From the NCBI GenBank assembly GCA_001917535.1, contig MNEF01000098.1, forward strand, positions 45,241 to 109,240: a stretch of 64,000 bases of DNA, in the 5' to 3' direction. Position 1 is the first letter of the stretch. Every line of letters begins with the position of its first letter. The notes beneath the pieces are model-generated. The model saw only the letters and a list, made by a program, of their open reading frames with translations, ran no database searches and had not been told where the DNA came from. Shown here piece after piece: positions 1 through 8,653 of this stretch. Both the position numbers and the translations under genes were made by a program. This DNA is from Candidatus Rokubacteria bacterium 13_1_40CM_69_27. GTDB lineage: Bacteria; Methylomirabilota; Methylomirabilia; Rokubacteriales; CSP1-6.

Positions 1-726
1 CCGTCGAGGATGTAGGTGAACCCCTTGCCCTCCTCGCCGATGAGGGCCTCGGCCGGGATCTCCATGTCGTCGAAGAACAGCGCGTTGGTGGAGTGGTTCA
101 TCATCATGCGCAGCGGTCGCACCTCGAGCCCCTTGGCGTGGCGGATGTCCACCAGGAACACCGAGAGCCCTTCCGTCTTGCGCCGGACCTTATCCACCGG
201 GGTCGTGCGCGCGAGCAGGAGCATGAGGTCGGACTGCAGGACGCGGGAGATGAAGATCTTCTGGCCATTGACGACGTAGTGGTCGCCCCGGCGCACCGCG
301 GTGGTTTGAAGCTTGGTCGTGTCGGACCCCGCGTTGGGCTCGGTGACGCCGAAGGCCTGCAGGCGCAATTCGCCCGAGGCGATTTTCGGCAGGTAGGCCC
401 GCTTCTGAGCCGCGCTGCCGTGGCGGAGCAGCGTCCCCATGATGTACATCTGGGCGTGGCAGGCGGCCGCGTTGCCTCCGGCGGCGTGGACCGTCTCGAG
501 GATCAGCCCGCCTTCCGTGATGCCGAGCCCGGCGCCGCCGTACTCCTCGGGGATGAGGGCGGCCAGATAGCCGGCCTTGGTCAGGTCGTCGACGAAGGCC
601 TCGGGATACTCACGCTTGGCGTCGAGCGCGCGCCAGTACTCGCCGGGGTAGCGCTTGCAGATCTCGGCGACGCCGTCCCGCAGCGCGCGCTGCTCGTCGG
701 TGAGGGTGAGGTTGATGACCGCCATG
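1..726 (-). CDS. Acyl-CoA dehydrogenase; only the N-terminal 242 aa lie in the window, the C-terminus runs past coordinate 1
   Basis: Reverse-complement translation from the ATG at 726..724 gives MAVINLTLTDEQRALRDGVAEICKRY...GVTEPNAGSD...VVNGQKIFIS, the typical acyl-CoA dehydrogenase N-terminal and middle domain. It is not in the ORF track because there is no stop inside the window. Confidence 0.8.
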
Positions 727-747
727 GCTCTTTCCCTTTGGATCGGA

Positions 748-1536
748 TTATTTTCCCCGGAAATGGGGCTTGCGCTTCTCGTTGAAGGCCCGCACGCCCT
801 CGAGGCGATCCTCGGTGACGACGGTGGCGTTGTAGGCCTCGATGGCCAGGATCATCGCGGTGTCGAGGTCGGTCTCGAGGCCGTAGACGATGGCCTTCTT
901 GGCCTGGCGCACCGCCACCGGGCCGTTCTGGGCGATGGTCGCGGCGATCTCGAGCGCCCGGGCGCGGGCCTGTCCCTTGGGCACCAGGTGGTTGACGAGC
1001 CCGGCCGTCCTGGCCTCGTCGGCCTTCATGCGGCGGCCGGTGAAGATGAGCTCCTTGGCCAGCGGCGCGCCCAGGATCCGGGGCAGCAACTGCGTGCCGC
1101 CGATGCCGGGGAAGATGCCGAGCGTCGTCTCCGGCACGCCGAACACGGCCGTCTCGCTGGCCACGATGAAGTCGGAGAGGATGGCCAGCTCGCAGCCGCC
1201 GGCCAGCGCGAAGCCCTCCACCGCTGCGATGACGGGAACGGGGCAGCGGAGAATCCGGAACGCGGCTTGCTCGAAAACCACGTGTTGCGCCCGCCACGTC
1301 TCGTCCGACATCAAGTTGCGCTCCTTGAGGTCACCGCCGGCGCAGAAGGCGCGGTCGCCAGCGCCGGTCAGCACCACGGCGCGGATCTCGGCCTCGCGCT
1401 GGAGCGCGTCGAAACAGGCGATGATCTCCTCGCCCATGGCGGTGGTCATGGCGTTCATCTGCTCGGGGCGGTTCAACGTCACGGTGGCGACGTGTCCGTC
1501 CGGCGAGCGCTCGACCAGGAGATGCTGGTAGCTCAG
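748..1536 (-). CDS. Enoyl-CoA hydratase/isomerase (crotonase family)
   Basis: The protein reads LSYQHLLVERSPDGHVATVTLNRPEQMNAM...AFCAGGDL...VNGFALAGGCELA...AFNEKRKPHF, a crotonase fold. The arginine-rich N-terminal extension of the tracked ORF (to 1665) is rejected. The true start is near 1536, overlapping the stop of the upstream gene, and no canonical start codon could be pinned down. Confidence 0.75.
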   Translation of the reverse strand: MSYQHLLVERSPDGHVATVTLNRPEQMNAMTTAMGEEIIACFDALQREAEIRAVVLTGAGDRAFCAGGDLKERNLMSDETWRAQHVVFEQAAFRILRCPVPVIAAVEGFALAGGCELAILSDFIVASETAVFGVPETTLGIFPGIGGTQLLPRILGAPLAKELIFTGRRMKADEARTAGLVNHLVPKGQARARALEIAATIAQNGPVAVRQAKKAIVYGLETDLDTAMILAIEAYNATVVTEDRLEGVRAFNEKRKPHFRGK

Positions 1537-2723
1537 GCGATCACCCCCCGCGCGCGCAGGCTGCGCACGTCGTCGCGCGTGTAGCCGAGCCAGGTCAGCA
1601 CGTCCTCGCTGTGCTCGCCGAGCCGGGGCGGGCCGCGGCGCACCTCGGGCCGGCGGCCGTTCCACTGGATCGGCAGCCCGATGCTCGTGTAGTCGGGCAG
1701 GCGCGCGTGCGGCGCGCTCAGGAGCATCCCGCTCTCGCGCGTCTGGGGCTCCTCGAGCACGGCGTCGATCGTGAGGATCGGCGAGCAGGGCACGCCGCGG
1801 CTCCGCAGCCCCTCGACCAGCTCGCGGGCTTTCTTGTCGCGGGTCAGGGCCGAGAGGGCCTCGACGAGCGCCACCCGGTGGTGGACGCGCGAGGGGTTGT
1901 CCATGAAGCGCGCATCACGGGCGAGGTCGGGAACGCCCAGCCCCTCGGCCAGCCGCGCGAACATCGCGTCCGACGGCGCCGCGATCATGACGTGGCCGTC
2001 CGCGGTCGGGAAGGCCTGGTAGGGCGCGATCATCGCCGTGCCCGAGCCCTGGGGGGTGGGAACTTCACCCGACCCGAGATAGCCCATGGCCTGGTAGGAG
2101 ACCCACATGAGCGTCGTCTCGAAGAGCGCGGTGCTGACGTCCACCGCGCGGCCGGTGGCGTCGCGCTGACGGAGGGCGGCGACGATGCCCAGGGCTGCCC
2201 ACATGCCGGTGCCCATGTCGACGATCGAGGTGCCGACCCGGGCCGGCTCCTGGCCGGGATGGCCGTTGACGGACATGAGCCCCGCGTAGGCCTGCATCAT
2301 CGGATCGTAGCCGGGCAGGTCGCGCAGCGGACCGCGCGTCCCGTAGGCGGTGACGGAGCAGTAGACCAGCCGTGGGTTGAGCCGGCTGGCGGCAGCGAAG
2401 TCGAGGCCCAACTCGGCGACCACGCCGGCCCGGAGGCTCTGGACGAACACGTCGGCGCGGGCGACCAGTCGCCGGAGTACCTCGAGCCCGGCCTCGGTCT
2501 TGACGTCGAGCGCGAGGCTGCGTTTGTTGCGGTTCATGGCCAGGAAGAAGGCGCTCTCGTCGCCCCAGTACGGCGGCGCCCAGGCGCGAGCGTCGTCGCC
2601 GCGGTCGGGCCGCTCGATCTTGATGACGTCGGCGCCCATGTCGCCGAGGATCTGCGTGCAGAACGGTCCGGCGACGTTCTGGGTCAGGTCCGCGACGACC
2701 AGTCCCTCGAGCGGCAGCGCCAC
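1533..2723 (-). CDS. CoA-transferase family III (CaiB/BaiF-like)
   Basis: 396 aa with a GTG start at 2723. The protein reads LEGLVVADLTQNVAGPFCTQILGDMGADVIKIERP...AYDPMMQAYAGLMSVNG...RNKRSLALD, which are family III CoA-transferase signatures. Confidence 0.85.
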   Translation of the reverse strand: MALPLEGLVVADLTQNVAGPFCTQILGDMGADVIKIERPDRGDDARAWAPPYWGDESAFFLAMNRNKRSLALDVKTEAGLEVLRRLVARADVFVQSLRAGVVAELGLDFAAASRLNPRLVYCSVTAYGTRGPLRDLPGYDPMMQAYAGLMSVNGHPGQEPARVGTSIVDMGTGMWAALGIVAALRQRDATGRAVDVSTALFETTLMWVSYQAMGYLGSGEVPTPQGSGTAMIAPYQAFPTADGHVMIAAPSDAMFARLAEGLGVPDLARDARFMDNPSRVHHRVALVEALSALTRDKKARELVEGLRSRGVPCSPILTIDAVLEEPQTRESGMLLSAPHARLPDYTSIGLPIQWNGRRPEVRRGPPRLGEHSEDVLTWLGYTRDDVRSLRARGVIA

Positions 2724-2747
2724 GGGAGGGAGTCTACCACTGGGGAC

Positions 2748-3779
2748 TCAGCGCCGCGTCCCGCTGAGCTCCTGGCGGACCAGGGCCGCGCCGTCCGCCA
2801 GCGCCCGGAGCTTCTGGTTGCACATGTAGCGCGGCGACCAGCCGAAGCCGCAGTCGGGGTTGACCGTCAGCTTCTCGGTGGGGCACACCTCGAGCACGCG
2901 GCGGATTCGCCGCGCCACGTCCTCCGGCGTGTCCGGATAGAAGCCCTTCACGTCGATGAGGCCGGCGCCGAGCTCGCGCCCGTCGCCATGCTTCCTCCAG
3001 ATGTCCAGCTCGGCCAGTTCCCGGCTGGCGAACTCCAGCACGAACTGGTCGGCGCGTGCCTTGAGCAGCCCGGGGAAGTAGGGCTCGTAGGTCCGGGCGA
3101 AGCGCGAGCGGCCGAAGCGGTTGCCGAAGCAGATGTGAAAGCCGAGCTTGGCCTGCACGCCCTCGGTGGCCAGGTTGAACAGGCGCGCCATCTCCTCGCC
3201 GGAGACGTTGCCGCGCGCGGGCTCGTCGATCTGGATGAAGTCCGCGCCCGCCGCTACCAGCCCCTTGAGCTCCTCGTTGATGACCTCCGCGAACCGCTCG
3301 GCCACGTCGACCACGCCCCGATAGACCTTGCCGGGATGGATGCGGGAGCCGAAGGTGAGGGGCCCGGCGCACGTCGCCTTCGTCCGGCGCGTCGTGTGCG
3401 ATTTCAGGTATTCGAACTCCTTGATGATGCCCAGGCCGCCGGGCGGCGTCTCGATGCGGCCCACCGCCTGGTAGCGCGTCTGCTGGTCGTAGCCCCAGGG
3501 GCCGACGTGGCGCCGGACGGGCTGGGGATCGATCCCCTTGATGATGGCGTAGTAGGAGTCGACGTAGCCGTCGAGCCGGCGCACCTCGCCGTCGGTGATG
3601 ATGTCGATGCCCGCCGCCTCCATGTCGCCGATGGCGGCGTCGGCGGCGTCGTCGAACATCTCCTCGAGGTCGGCCGGGCCGGCCGCGCCGGCCTCGTACG
3701 CCTTGACCATGGTGAACCACCAGCCCGGCTTTCCGTGCGAGCCCACCACGGCGGTGGGAATGATCGGTAGCGCCCTCAT
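2748..3779 (-). CDS. Cobalamin-independent methionine synthase-like protein (MetE C-terminal/UroD-like fold)
   Basis: 343 aa reading MRALPIIPTAVVGSHGKPGWW...IDIITDGEVRR...FIQIDEPA...NPDCGFG, which matches the MetE-like 'methionine synthase II' family. Its ATG overlaps the livF stop (ATGA). Confidence 0.7.
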   Translation of the reverse strand: MRALPIIPTAVVGSHGKPGWWFTMVKAYEAGAAGPADLEEMFDDAADAAIGDMEAAGIDIITDGEVRRLDGYVDSYYAIIKGIDPQPVRRHVGPWGYDQQTRYQAVGRIETPPGGLGIIKEFEYLKSHTTRRTKATCAGPLTFGSRIHPGKVYRGVVDVAERFAEVINEELKGLVAAGADFIQIDEPARGNVSGEEMARLFNLATEGVQAKLGFHICFGNRFGRSRFARTYEPYFPGLLKARADQFVLEFASRELAELDIWRKHGDGRELGAGLIDVKGFYPDTPEDVARRIRRVLEVCPTEKLTVNPDCGFGWSPRYMCNQKLRALADGAALVRQELSGTRR

Positions 3780-4486
3780 GACACCGTCCCCCCGATGATG
3801 CGCAGGACCGTCGCATCACGCTGGGCGTCCTGCGGCTTGCCGGCGAAGATGATCTCGCCGCGCTCGATGACATACAAGCGGCTCGTATGCTCGGGCACGT
3901 GATGGATGTTCGACTCGGCCAGCAGGACGCCGTGCCCGAGCCGGGTGATGGCGGCGATGGACTGGCTGAGGGCCGGCAGGATCGCCGGCGAGAGCCCCTC
4001 GAAGGGCTCGTCCAGGAGCAGCAGCTCCGGGTCGAGGGCCAGGGCCCGGGCGACCGACAGCATCTTGCGCTCGCCGCCGGAGAGCTGCGTGCCCCCGCGC
4101 GCCGCGTAGGCGCGGAGCTCGGGGAACAGCGCCCAGGCGCGCTCGACGCGCTCGGCGGCGGACCGCGCCGTCGTGCGCGTCCAAGTGGCGATCTCGATGT
4201 TCTCGGCCACGGTCAGGTCGCCGAAGATCTCGCTCTCCTCGGGCGAGAAGCCGACGCCGAGCGCGGCGATCTCGTGGGTGCGCAGGCCGACGAGGGAGCG
4301 GCCCCTGAAGGTGATGCTGCCGGCGACGGGCCGCAGATACCCCATGATCGTGCGCAGCGTGGTGGTCTTGCCGGCGCCGTTGCGCCCGACGAGGCAGACC
4401 AGCTCGCGCTCGCCGACCTCCAGCCTGACGTCGTCGAGGATGCGGCTGGCCCGGATGTCGACCGTCAGCGCCTGGACCGCGAGCAT
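3776..4486 (-). CDS. livF: Branched-chain amino acid ABC transporter ATP-binding protein LivF
   Basis: 236 aa with a Walker A motif GRNGAGKTTTL, the ABC signature LSGGERKMLSVARAL and a Walker B motif LLLLDEP. It has the LivF-type short ATPase architecture. Confidence 0.85.
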   Translation of the reverse strand: MLAVQALTVDIRASRILDDVRLEVGERELVCLVGRNGAGKTTTLRTIMGYLRPVAGSITFRGRSLVGLRTHEIAALGVGFSPEESEIFGDLTVAENIEIATWTRTTARSAAERVERAWALFPELRAYAARGGTQLSGGERKMLSVARALALDPELLLLDEPFEGLSPAILPALSQSIAAITRLGHGVLLAESNIHHVPEHTSRLYVIERGEIIFAGKPQDAQRDATVLRIIGGTVS

Positions 4487-6345
4487 CAGGCCGGACGCTT
4501 GCCCAGCACGGTGGTCACCACGTGGGTGTCGGCCCGGATCTCAGCGGGGGTGCCGTCGGCGAGCAGCCGCCCCCCGTGGAGGGCGACGATCCGGTCCGAG
4601 TAGCCGAAGACGATGTCCATGTCGTGCTCGACCTGGATGATGGCCTTGATCGCGATGCGCTTGGCCGCCGCCACCAGGACCTCCATGATGGCGTGCTTGT
4701 CCCGCGTGCTGACGCCGGACGTGGGCTCGTCCAGGAGGATGACGTCGGGGTGGAGGGCGAAGGCGCCGGCCACGTCGAGCAGCTTCTTGTCCCCCTGAGG
4801 GAGCGTGCCGGCGAGGCAGGACAGCCGGTCGGCGAACCCGAAGAGCGCCGCCACGTCGCCGACCTGCGCCCGGACCTCCGCGTCGCGCGCCAGCGAGGCC
4901 AGGAGCCGGCGGCCGCGGCCCAGGCGCGAGACGACGGTGACCGCCAGGGTCTCGGCGACCGTGAGCCCCGGGAAAATGTTGACGAGCTGAAAGCTGCGGG
5001 CCAGGCCGAGCCGGACCAGGCGCACGGGCCCGATCCCGGCGACGTCCACGCCCTTGAACGTCACGCGGCCGCTCGACGGCTTTCCCAGCCCGCTCAGCAC
5101 GTTCACCAGCGTCGTCTTCCCGGCCCCGTTGGGGCCGATGATCGAGACGAACTCGCCCTCCCGGACCGCCAGCGACACGCCGTCGAGCGCCACCACGTCA
5201 CCGTAGAGCTTCACCACGTCTCGCGCTTCGATGAGCGGACGTGGGCGAGTGCCTGCAGGTCGGGCGCGTGACGGGAGCGGTTCGTGCGCCGGCTTGGCCG
5301 GCGTATCCACTGGGGAGGTTCGGAGGGGGCCGTGAGGCCCCCGCTGACTAGGGATTCGGAGGGGGCCGTGAGGCCCCCGCTGACGATGGATGTCGGAGGG
5401 GGCCGCCGAGGCCCCCTCCGAATCAAACAATCCCATGAGCCCGCGGGGGAAGCAGATGACCACGATGGCCAGGAGCGCGCCGAAGATGAATCTCCAGTAT
5501 TGCGTCAGGGACATGACCTGGTCCTGCAGGAAGATGAAGACGAAGGCACCCAGGATCGGGCCGAAGAAGTTGGCGAAGCCGCCCAGCAACAGCATGAAGA
5601 CCAGGTTGCCCGAGTGCGTCCAGTACGCCAGCAGAGGATCGGCCAGCCCGGTGGGCACGGCCAGCAGCGCTCCGCCGACGCCGCCGAACACGCCGGCGAT
5701 CACGAAGGCCGCCAGGCGGTAGCACCGCGCGCTCACGCCCACCGCCGCTGCCTTGTCGGGGTTCTCGCGGATCGCCCGCAGGCAGAGCCCGAAGGGCGAG
5801 CGCACGATGCGCCACATGACGACGGTGCCCAGGACCAGCAGCGCCAGCGCGTAGAAGTAGTAGGGGCCGGTGAGAAACTCGACCTTGTCGAGGAAGTCGA
5901 AGCCGCGGCCCAGGAGCTTCGGGCGCAGCACGCGCATGCCCTCGTCGCCCCCGGTCAGGGCGTAGAACTTGAAGAGGAACGAGTAGAAGAGCATCCCGAA
6001 GGCCAGCGTCAGCATGCCGAAGTAGATCTTGACGTAGCGCACGCACAAGAGGCCAGTGGGCACCGCCACCACCGCCGCCACCGCGGCCGCGGATACCAGG
6101 ATGGCCTCGAAGTGCACCATGCCGAAGGCGCTGGTCAGGTAGGCCGCGGTGTAGGCGCCGAGCGCCAGGAAGAGGGCATGGCCGAAGGAGAGCAGCCCGG
6201 TGTAGCCGAACAATAAGTTGAGGCCCAGCAGCGCCAGGCCGTAGCCGAAGAATGGCAGCATCAGGGTGGCGTAGTAGGCCCGGCCGGCGAAGGGCACCAG
6301 CGCCACCGCCAGCAGGGCCAGCCCGAGCGCGCCGCGGCCGATCAC
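4486..6345 (-). CDS. livM-livG: Fused LivM permease / LivG ATPase, joined by an in-frame repeat-derived linker
   Basis: A single frame with no stop runs through both domains. The LivM permease part (GVIGRGALGL ... ICFPRGLMGLFDSEG) starts at the GTG at 6345, overlapping the livH stop (GTGA). The LivG ATPase part (LIEARDVVKLYGDVVALDGVSL...GPNGAGKTTL...LSCLAGTLPQGDKKLLDVAGAF...LLDEPTSGV) follows a 12-aa x2 linker encoded by REP-like units. The 130-aa arginine-rich extension of the tracked ORF (to 6738) is rejected. Confidence 0.7.
   Translation of the reverse strand: MIGRGALGLALLAVALVPFAGRAYYATLMLPFFGYGLALLGLNLLFGYTGLLSFGHALFLALGAYTAAYLTSAFGMVHFEAILVSAAAVAAVVAVPTGLLCVRYVKIYFGMLTLAFGMLFYSFLFKFYALTGGDEGMRVLRPKLLGRGFDFLDKVEFLTGPYYFYALALLVLGTVVMWRIVRSPFGLCLRAIRENPDKAAAVGVSARCYRLAAFVIAGVFGGVGGALLAVPTGLADPLLAYWTHSGNLVFMLLLGGFANFFGPILGAFVFIFLQDQVMSLTQYWRFIFGALLAIVVICFPRGLMGLFDSEGASAAPSDIHRQRGPHGPLRIPSQRGPHGPLRTSPVDTPAKPAHEPLPSRARPAGTRPRPLIEARDVVKLYGDVVALDGVSLAVREGEFVSIIGPNGAGKTTLVNVLSGLGKPSSGRVTFKGVDVAGIGPVRLVRLGLARSFQLVNIFPGLTVAETLAVTVVSRLGRGRRLLASLARDAEVRAQVGDVAALFGFADRLSCLAGTLPQGDKKLLDVAGAFALHPDVILLDEPTSGVSTRDKHAIMEVLVAAAKRIAIKAIIQVEHDMDIVFGYSDRIVALHGGRLLADGTPAEIRADTHVVTTVLGKRPA
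5319..5421. repeat. Three tandem REP-like palindromic units lying in frame inside the livM-livG junction
   Basis: Units of ttcggagggggccgtgaggcccccgctgac at 5319-5348 and 5355-5384 (36-bp period), followed by a perfect palindrome tcggagggggcc gccga ggccccctccga at 5393-5421. Other copies of the same family lie elsewhere in the window. Confidence 0.85.
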
Positions 6346-7202
6346 GCCGCCGCCCTCGCGAAGAGCCCGGCCGGGCGCAGGACGAGGACGGCGATGACGA
6401 TCACGTAGATGCCCAGCATCTCTAGCTCGGGGTAGATCGCGATGGCCACCGCCTTGAGCACGCCCACGATGAGCGCGCCGGCGAACGCCCCGCGCATGCT
6501 GCCGAGCCCGCCGATGACGACGACGGCGAAGGCCTCGACGATCAACTCGATGCCCATCTCGTTCATCGCCGCCGTGGCCGGGATGACGAGCGCGCCGCCC
6601 ACCGTGCCCAACGCGACGCCCAGCGTGAAGACGCGGGAGTAGAGGCGGGGCAGGTCGATGCCCAGCGCTTCGGCCATGCGCGGGTTCTCGGCGGCGGCGC
6701 GAACGAGGCGACCGAAGCGCGTGCGCGTGAGCAGCCACCCCACGGCGGCGGCGATGGTGGCGCCGGCGGCGATGACGACCAGGTTGTAGACGGGAATGGT
6801 GAGGGCGCCGACCTTGAGCTGGCCGTATATCAGATAAACGGAGCCGAGCTGGTGGGGGGCGGTGCCCCAGAAGAACCGGATCACGTCCTCGAACATGAGC
6901 ACGAGGGCGAAGGTGAGCAGGAGCTGGAAGCTTTCGTCGCGGTCGTAGATGGTCCGGAGCAGCCGCTCGACCGGAGGGCCGATCGCGGCCAGGAGGACGC
7001 CGCTCAGGATCAGGATGCCCAGGAAGAGGGATGGCGGGGCGCCAGCCCCCAGGGCCCAGGTGACGAGCGACACGCCGAAGTAGGCGCCCAGCGCGTAAAA
7101 CGAGCCGCAGGCCAGGTTGAGGATCTTCTGGACGCCGAAGACGAGTTGCAGCCCGGCCGCCGCCAGAAAGAGCACGGCGGCATGGAACACGCCGCCGAGC
7201 AC
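6342..7202 (-). CDS. livH: Branched-chain amino acid ABC transporter permease LivH
   Basis: 286 aa, hydrophobic, with a LivH-like N-terminus (IQQSVNIVLGGVFHAAV...GSFYALGAY). The GTG at 7202 is the tracked start. The frame stays open upstream, so the true start may be up to about 60 nt further 5', overlapping the binding-protein stop. Confidence 0.8.
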   Translation of the reverse strand: MLGGVFHAAVLFLAAAGLQLVFGVQKILNLACGSFYALGAYFGVSLVTWALGAGAPPSLFLGILILSGVLLAAIGPPVERLLRTIYDRDESFQLLLTFALVLMFEDVIRFFWGTAPHQLGSVYLIYGQLKVGALTIPVYNLVVIAAGATIAAAVGWLLTRTRFGRLVRAAAENPRMAEALGIDLPRLYSRVFTLGVALGTVGGALVIPATAAMNEMGIELIVEAFAVVVIGGLGSMRGAFAGALIVGVLKAVAIAIYPELEMLGIYVIVIAVLVLRPAGLFARAAA

Positions 7203-7239
7203 GATGTTGACGCTCTGCTGGATCAGGGGCCCGGAATCC

Positions 7240-8511
7240 TCACGCCTTCCAGCTGTTGATCCACTCGTAGAGGCCCGTGCCGGAGGGCTTCTGGATCTGC
7301 CGGGTGGACATCACCTCGACGGGGTCGATCGTGACGAAGTCGTGCTTGTTCCGGTGGGTGCTGAGGCCCTGGAAGAAGCTGCACTCCATGACGTGGTCGG
7401 CCCGGTAGCTGCGCTTGCCCGACAGCGACTCGACCTCGATGCCCTCGAGCGCCTCGATGATCTGGTCGGTGGACGGCCACTTGCCGCCCGCGGCCCTGGC
7501 GGCCTTCTCCACCGCCGCCCGGTAGGCCGCCAGCGTGAAGTAGGCGTGGTCCGATTCGTAGTTCGGCCACTCCTTGAACCGCTCCTGGTGCCAGCGGACG
7601 AATTCGCGGAGGAGCGGGCTCGCGTTGGGCGCCTCGAAGTACATGGAGTTGTAGCCGAGGATCATCCCCTCGGGCGTGAACGCCTTCTTGAGCGACTCGT
7701 GAACGCCGCCGGCCGTGGTCATGACAAACTTGGTGGTCGCCGTCAGCCCGGCCGCGTGCGCCTGCTTCATTAAAATCGGGGCGTCGGCCGACCAGAACGA
7801 GCAGAAGATCAGGTCGGGCCTGGCCTGCCCCAGCGCGGCCACGTGCGAGGTGAAGTTGGTCTCGCCCAGCTTGGGCCAGAGGTCCACCACCGGCGTGACG
7901 CCCATCTCCAGCTTCTTCATGATGGCCAGGAACGCCGCCCAGTTGTCGCGCCCGTACGAATAGTCGTTGTTGATGCCGGCGACCGTCTTGATCTTCCCCT
8001 TGAGGTGCTTGGCGGTCAGGATCGACGCCATCACGGCTTCCGCTTCGTTATCGACGCTGCGGAACGAGTACCGGGGCTTCGGCATGGTCTCCTCCACGCC
8101 CTTCTGGGTCGTGGCATCCCAGGCCAGCCACAGCGTCTTGAGCTCCTCGGCGACGGGGCCGATGGCGAGACCCACCCCCGTGGAGACGACGCCGGTGATG
8201 ACGTCCACCCTGCTCTGGAGGCCGAGCTTGCGAAACCGCTCCACCGTGTCCTTGGGGTTCGACTCCTCCTCGACGACCAGCTCGATCCGGCGGCCGAGGA
8301 TGCCGCCGGCCGCGTTGATGCGGTCCACGGCGAACTGCGTGCCACGGAGCCCGGACTCCCCCACCGGCGCCGTGACGCCGGCCTTGGCGGCCAGCACGCC
8401 GATCTTGACAGGACCCGTCTGCGCGAACGCGGGCGGCACGTCCAGCCGCGCCGCCAGCGCGCCGGAGGCGCCGCCAAGCAGTCTCAGAAAGGTGCGCCGG
8501 GTCGTGGCCAT
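7240..8511 (-). CDS. livK: Tat-exported ABC transporter substrate-binding protein (Liv/branched-chain amino acid type)
   Basis: It has a twin-arginine signal MATTRRTFLRLLGGASGALAA, and the mature protein has a type I periplasmic binding fold (KIGVLAAKAGVTAPVGESGLRGTQFAVDRINAAGGILGRRIEL). The start is chosen at the internal ATG at 8511 (MATTRR) rather than the tracked 8538. Confidence 0.8.
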   Translation of the reverse strand: MATTRRTFLRLLGGASGALAARLDVPPAFAQTGPVKIGVLAAKAGVTAPVGESGLRGTQFAVDRINAAGGILGRRIELVVEEESNPKDTVERFRKLGLQSRVDVITGVVSTGVGLAIGPVAEELKTLWLAWDATTQKGVEETMPKPRYSFRSVDNEAEAVMASILTAKHLKGKIKTVAGINNDYSYGRDNWAAFLAIMKKLEMGVTPVVDLWPKLGETNFTSHVAALGQARPDLIFCSFWSADAPILMKQAHAAGLTATTKFVMTTAGGVHESLKKAFTPEGMILGYNSMYFEAPNASPLLREFVRWHQERFKEWPNYESDHAYFTLAAYRAAVEKAARAAGGKWPSTDQIIEALEGIEVESLSGKRSYRADHVMECSFFQGLSTHRNKHDFVTIDPVEVMSTRQIQKPSGTGLYEWINSWKA

Positions 8512-8653
8512 ACCAGCCTCCCTCGGTGTCCGAAGCATTCGTGCCGCCCGCAGGGCGCCTCATTCTAGCGCGCTTGATCGTCAGCGGCCACGGCCAGCAT
8601 GCTAGAATTCGTGACGCCGGCGCTAGAGATTCTGTCCGATCGATGGAGGGCTC

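Noticed and set aside
93-1584. Long plus-strand ORFs (93..785, 655..1584, 890..1531) and the minus ORF 581..1297, with Arg/Gly/Pro-rich translations
   Set aside because: They are antisense or alternative-frame artefacts of 70% GC. Bona fide acyl-CoA dehydrogenase and crotonase genes occupy the minus strand here.
6346-6738. The N-terminal 130 aa of the tracked ORF 4486..6738 (MAAHAHALRSPRSRRRR...)
   Set aside because: It is arginine-rich junk overlapping livH in another frame. The LivM domain begins at the GTG at 6345, which overlaps the livH stop.
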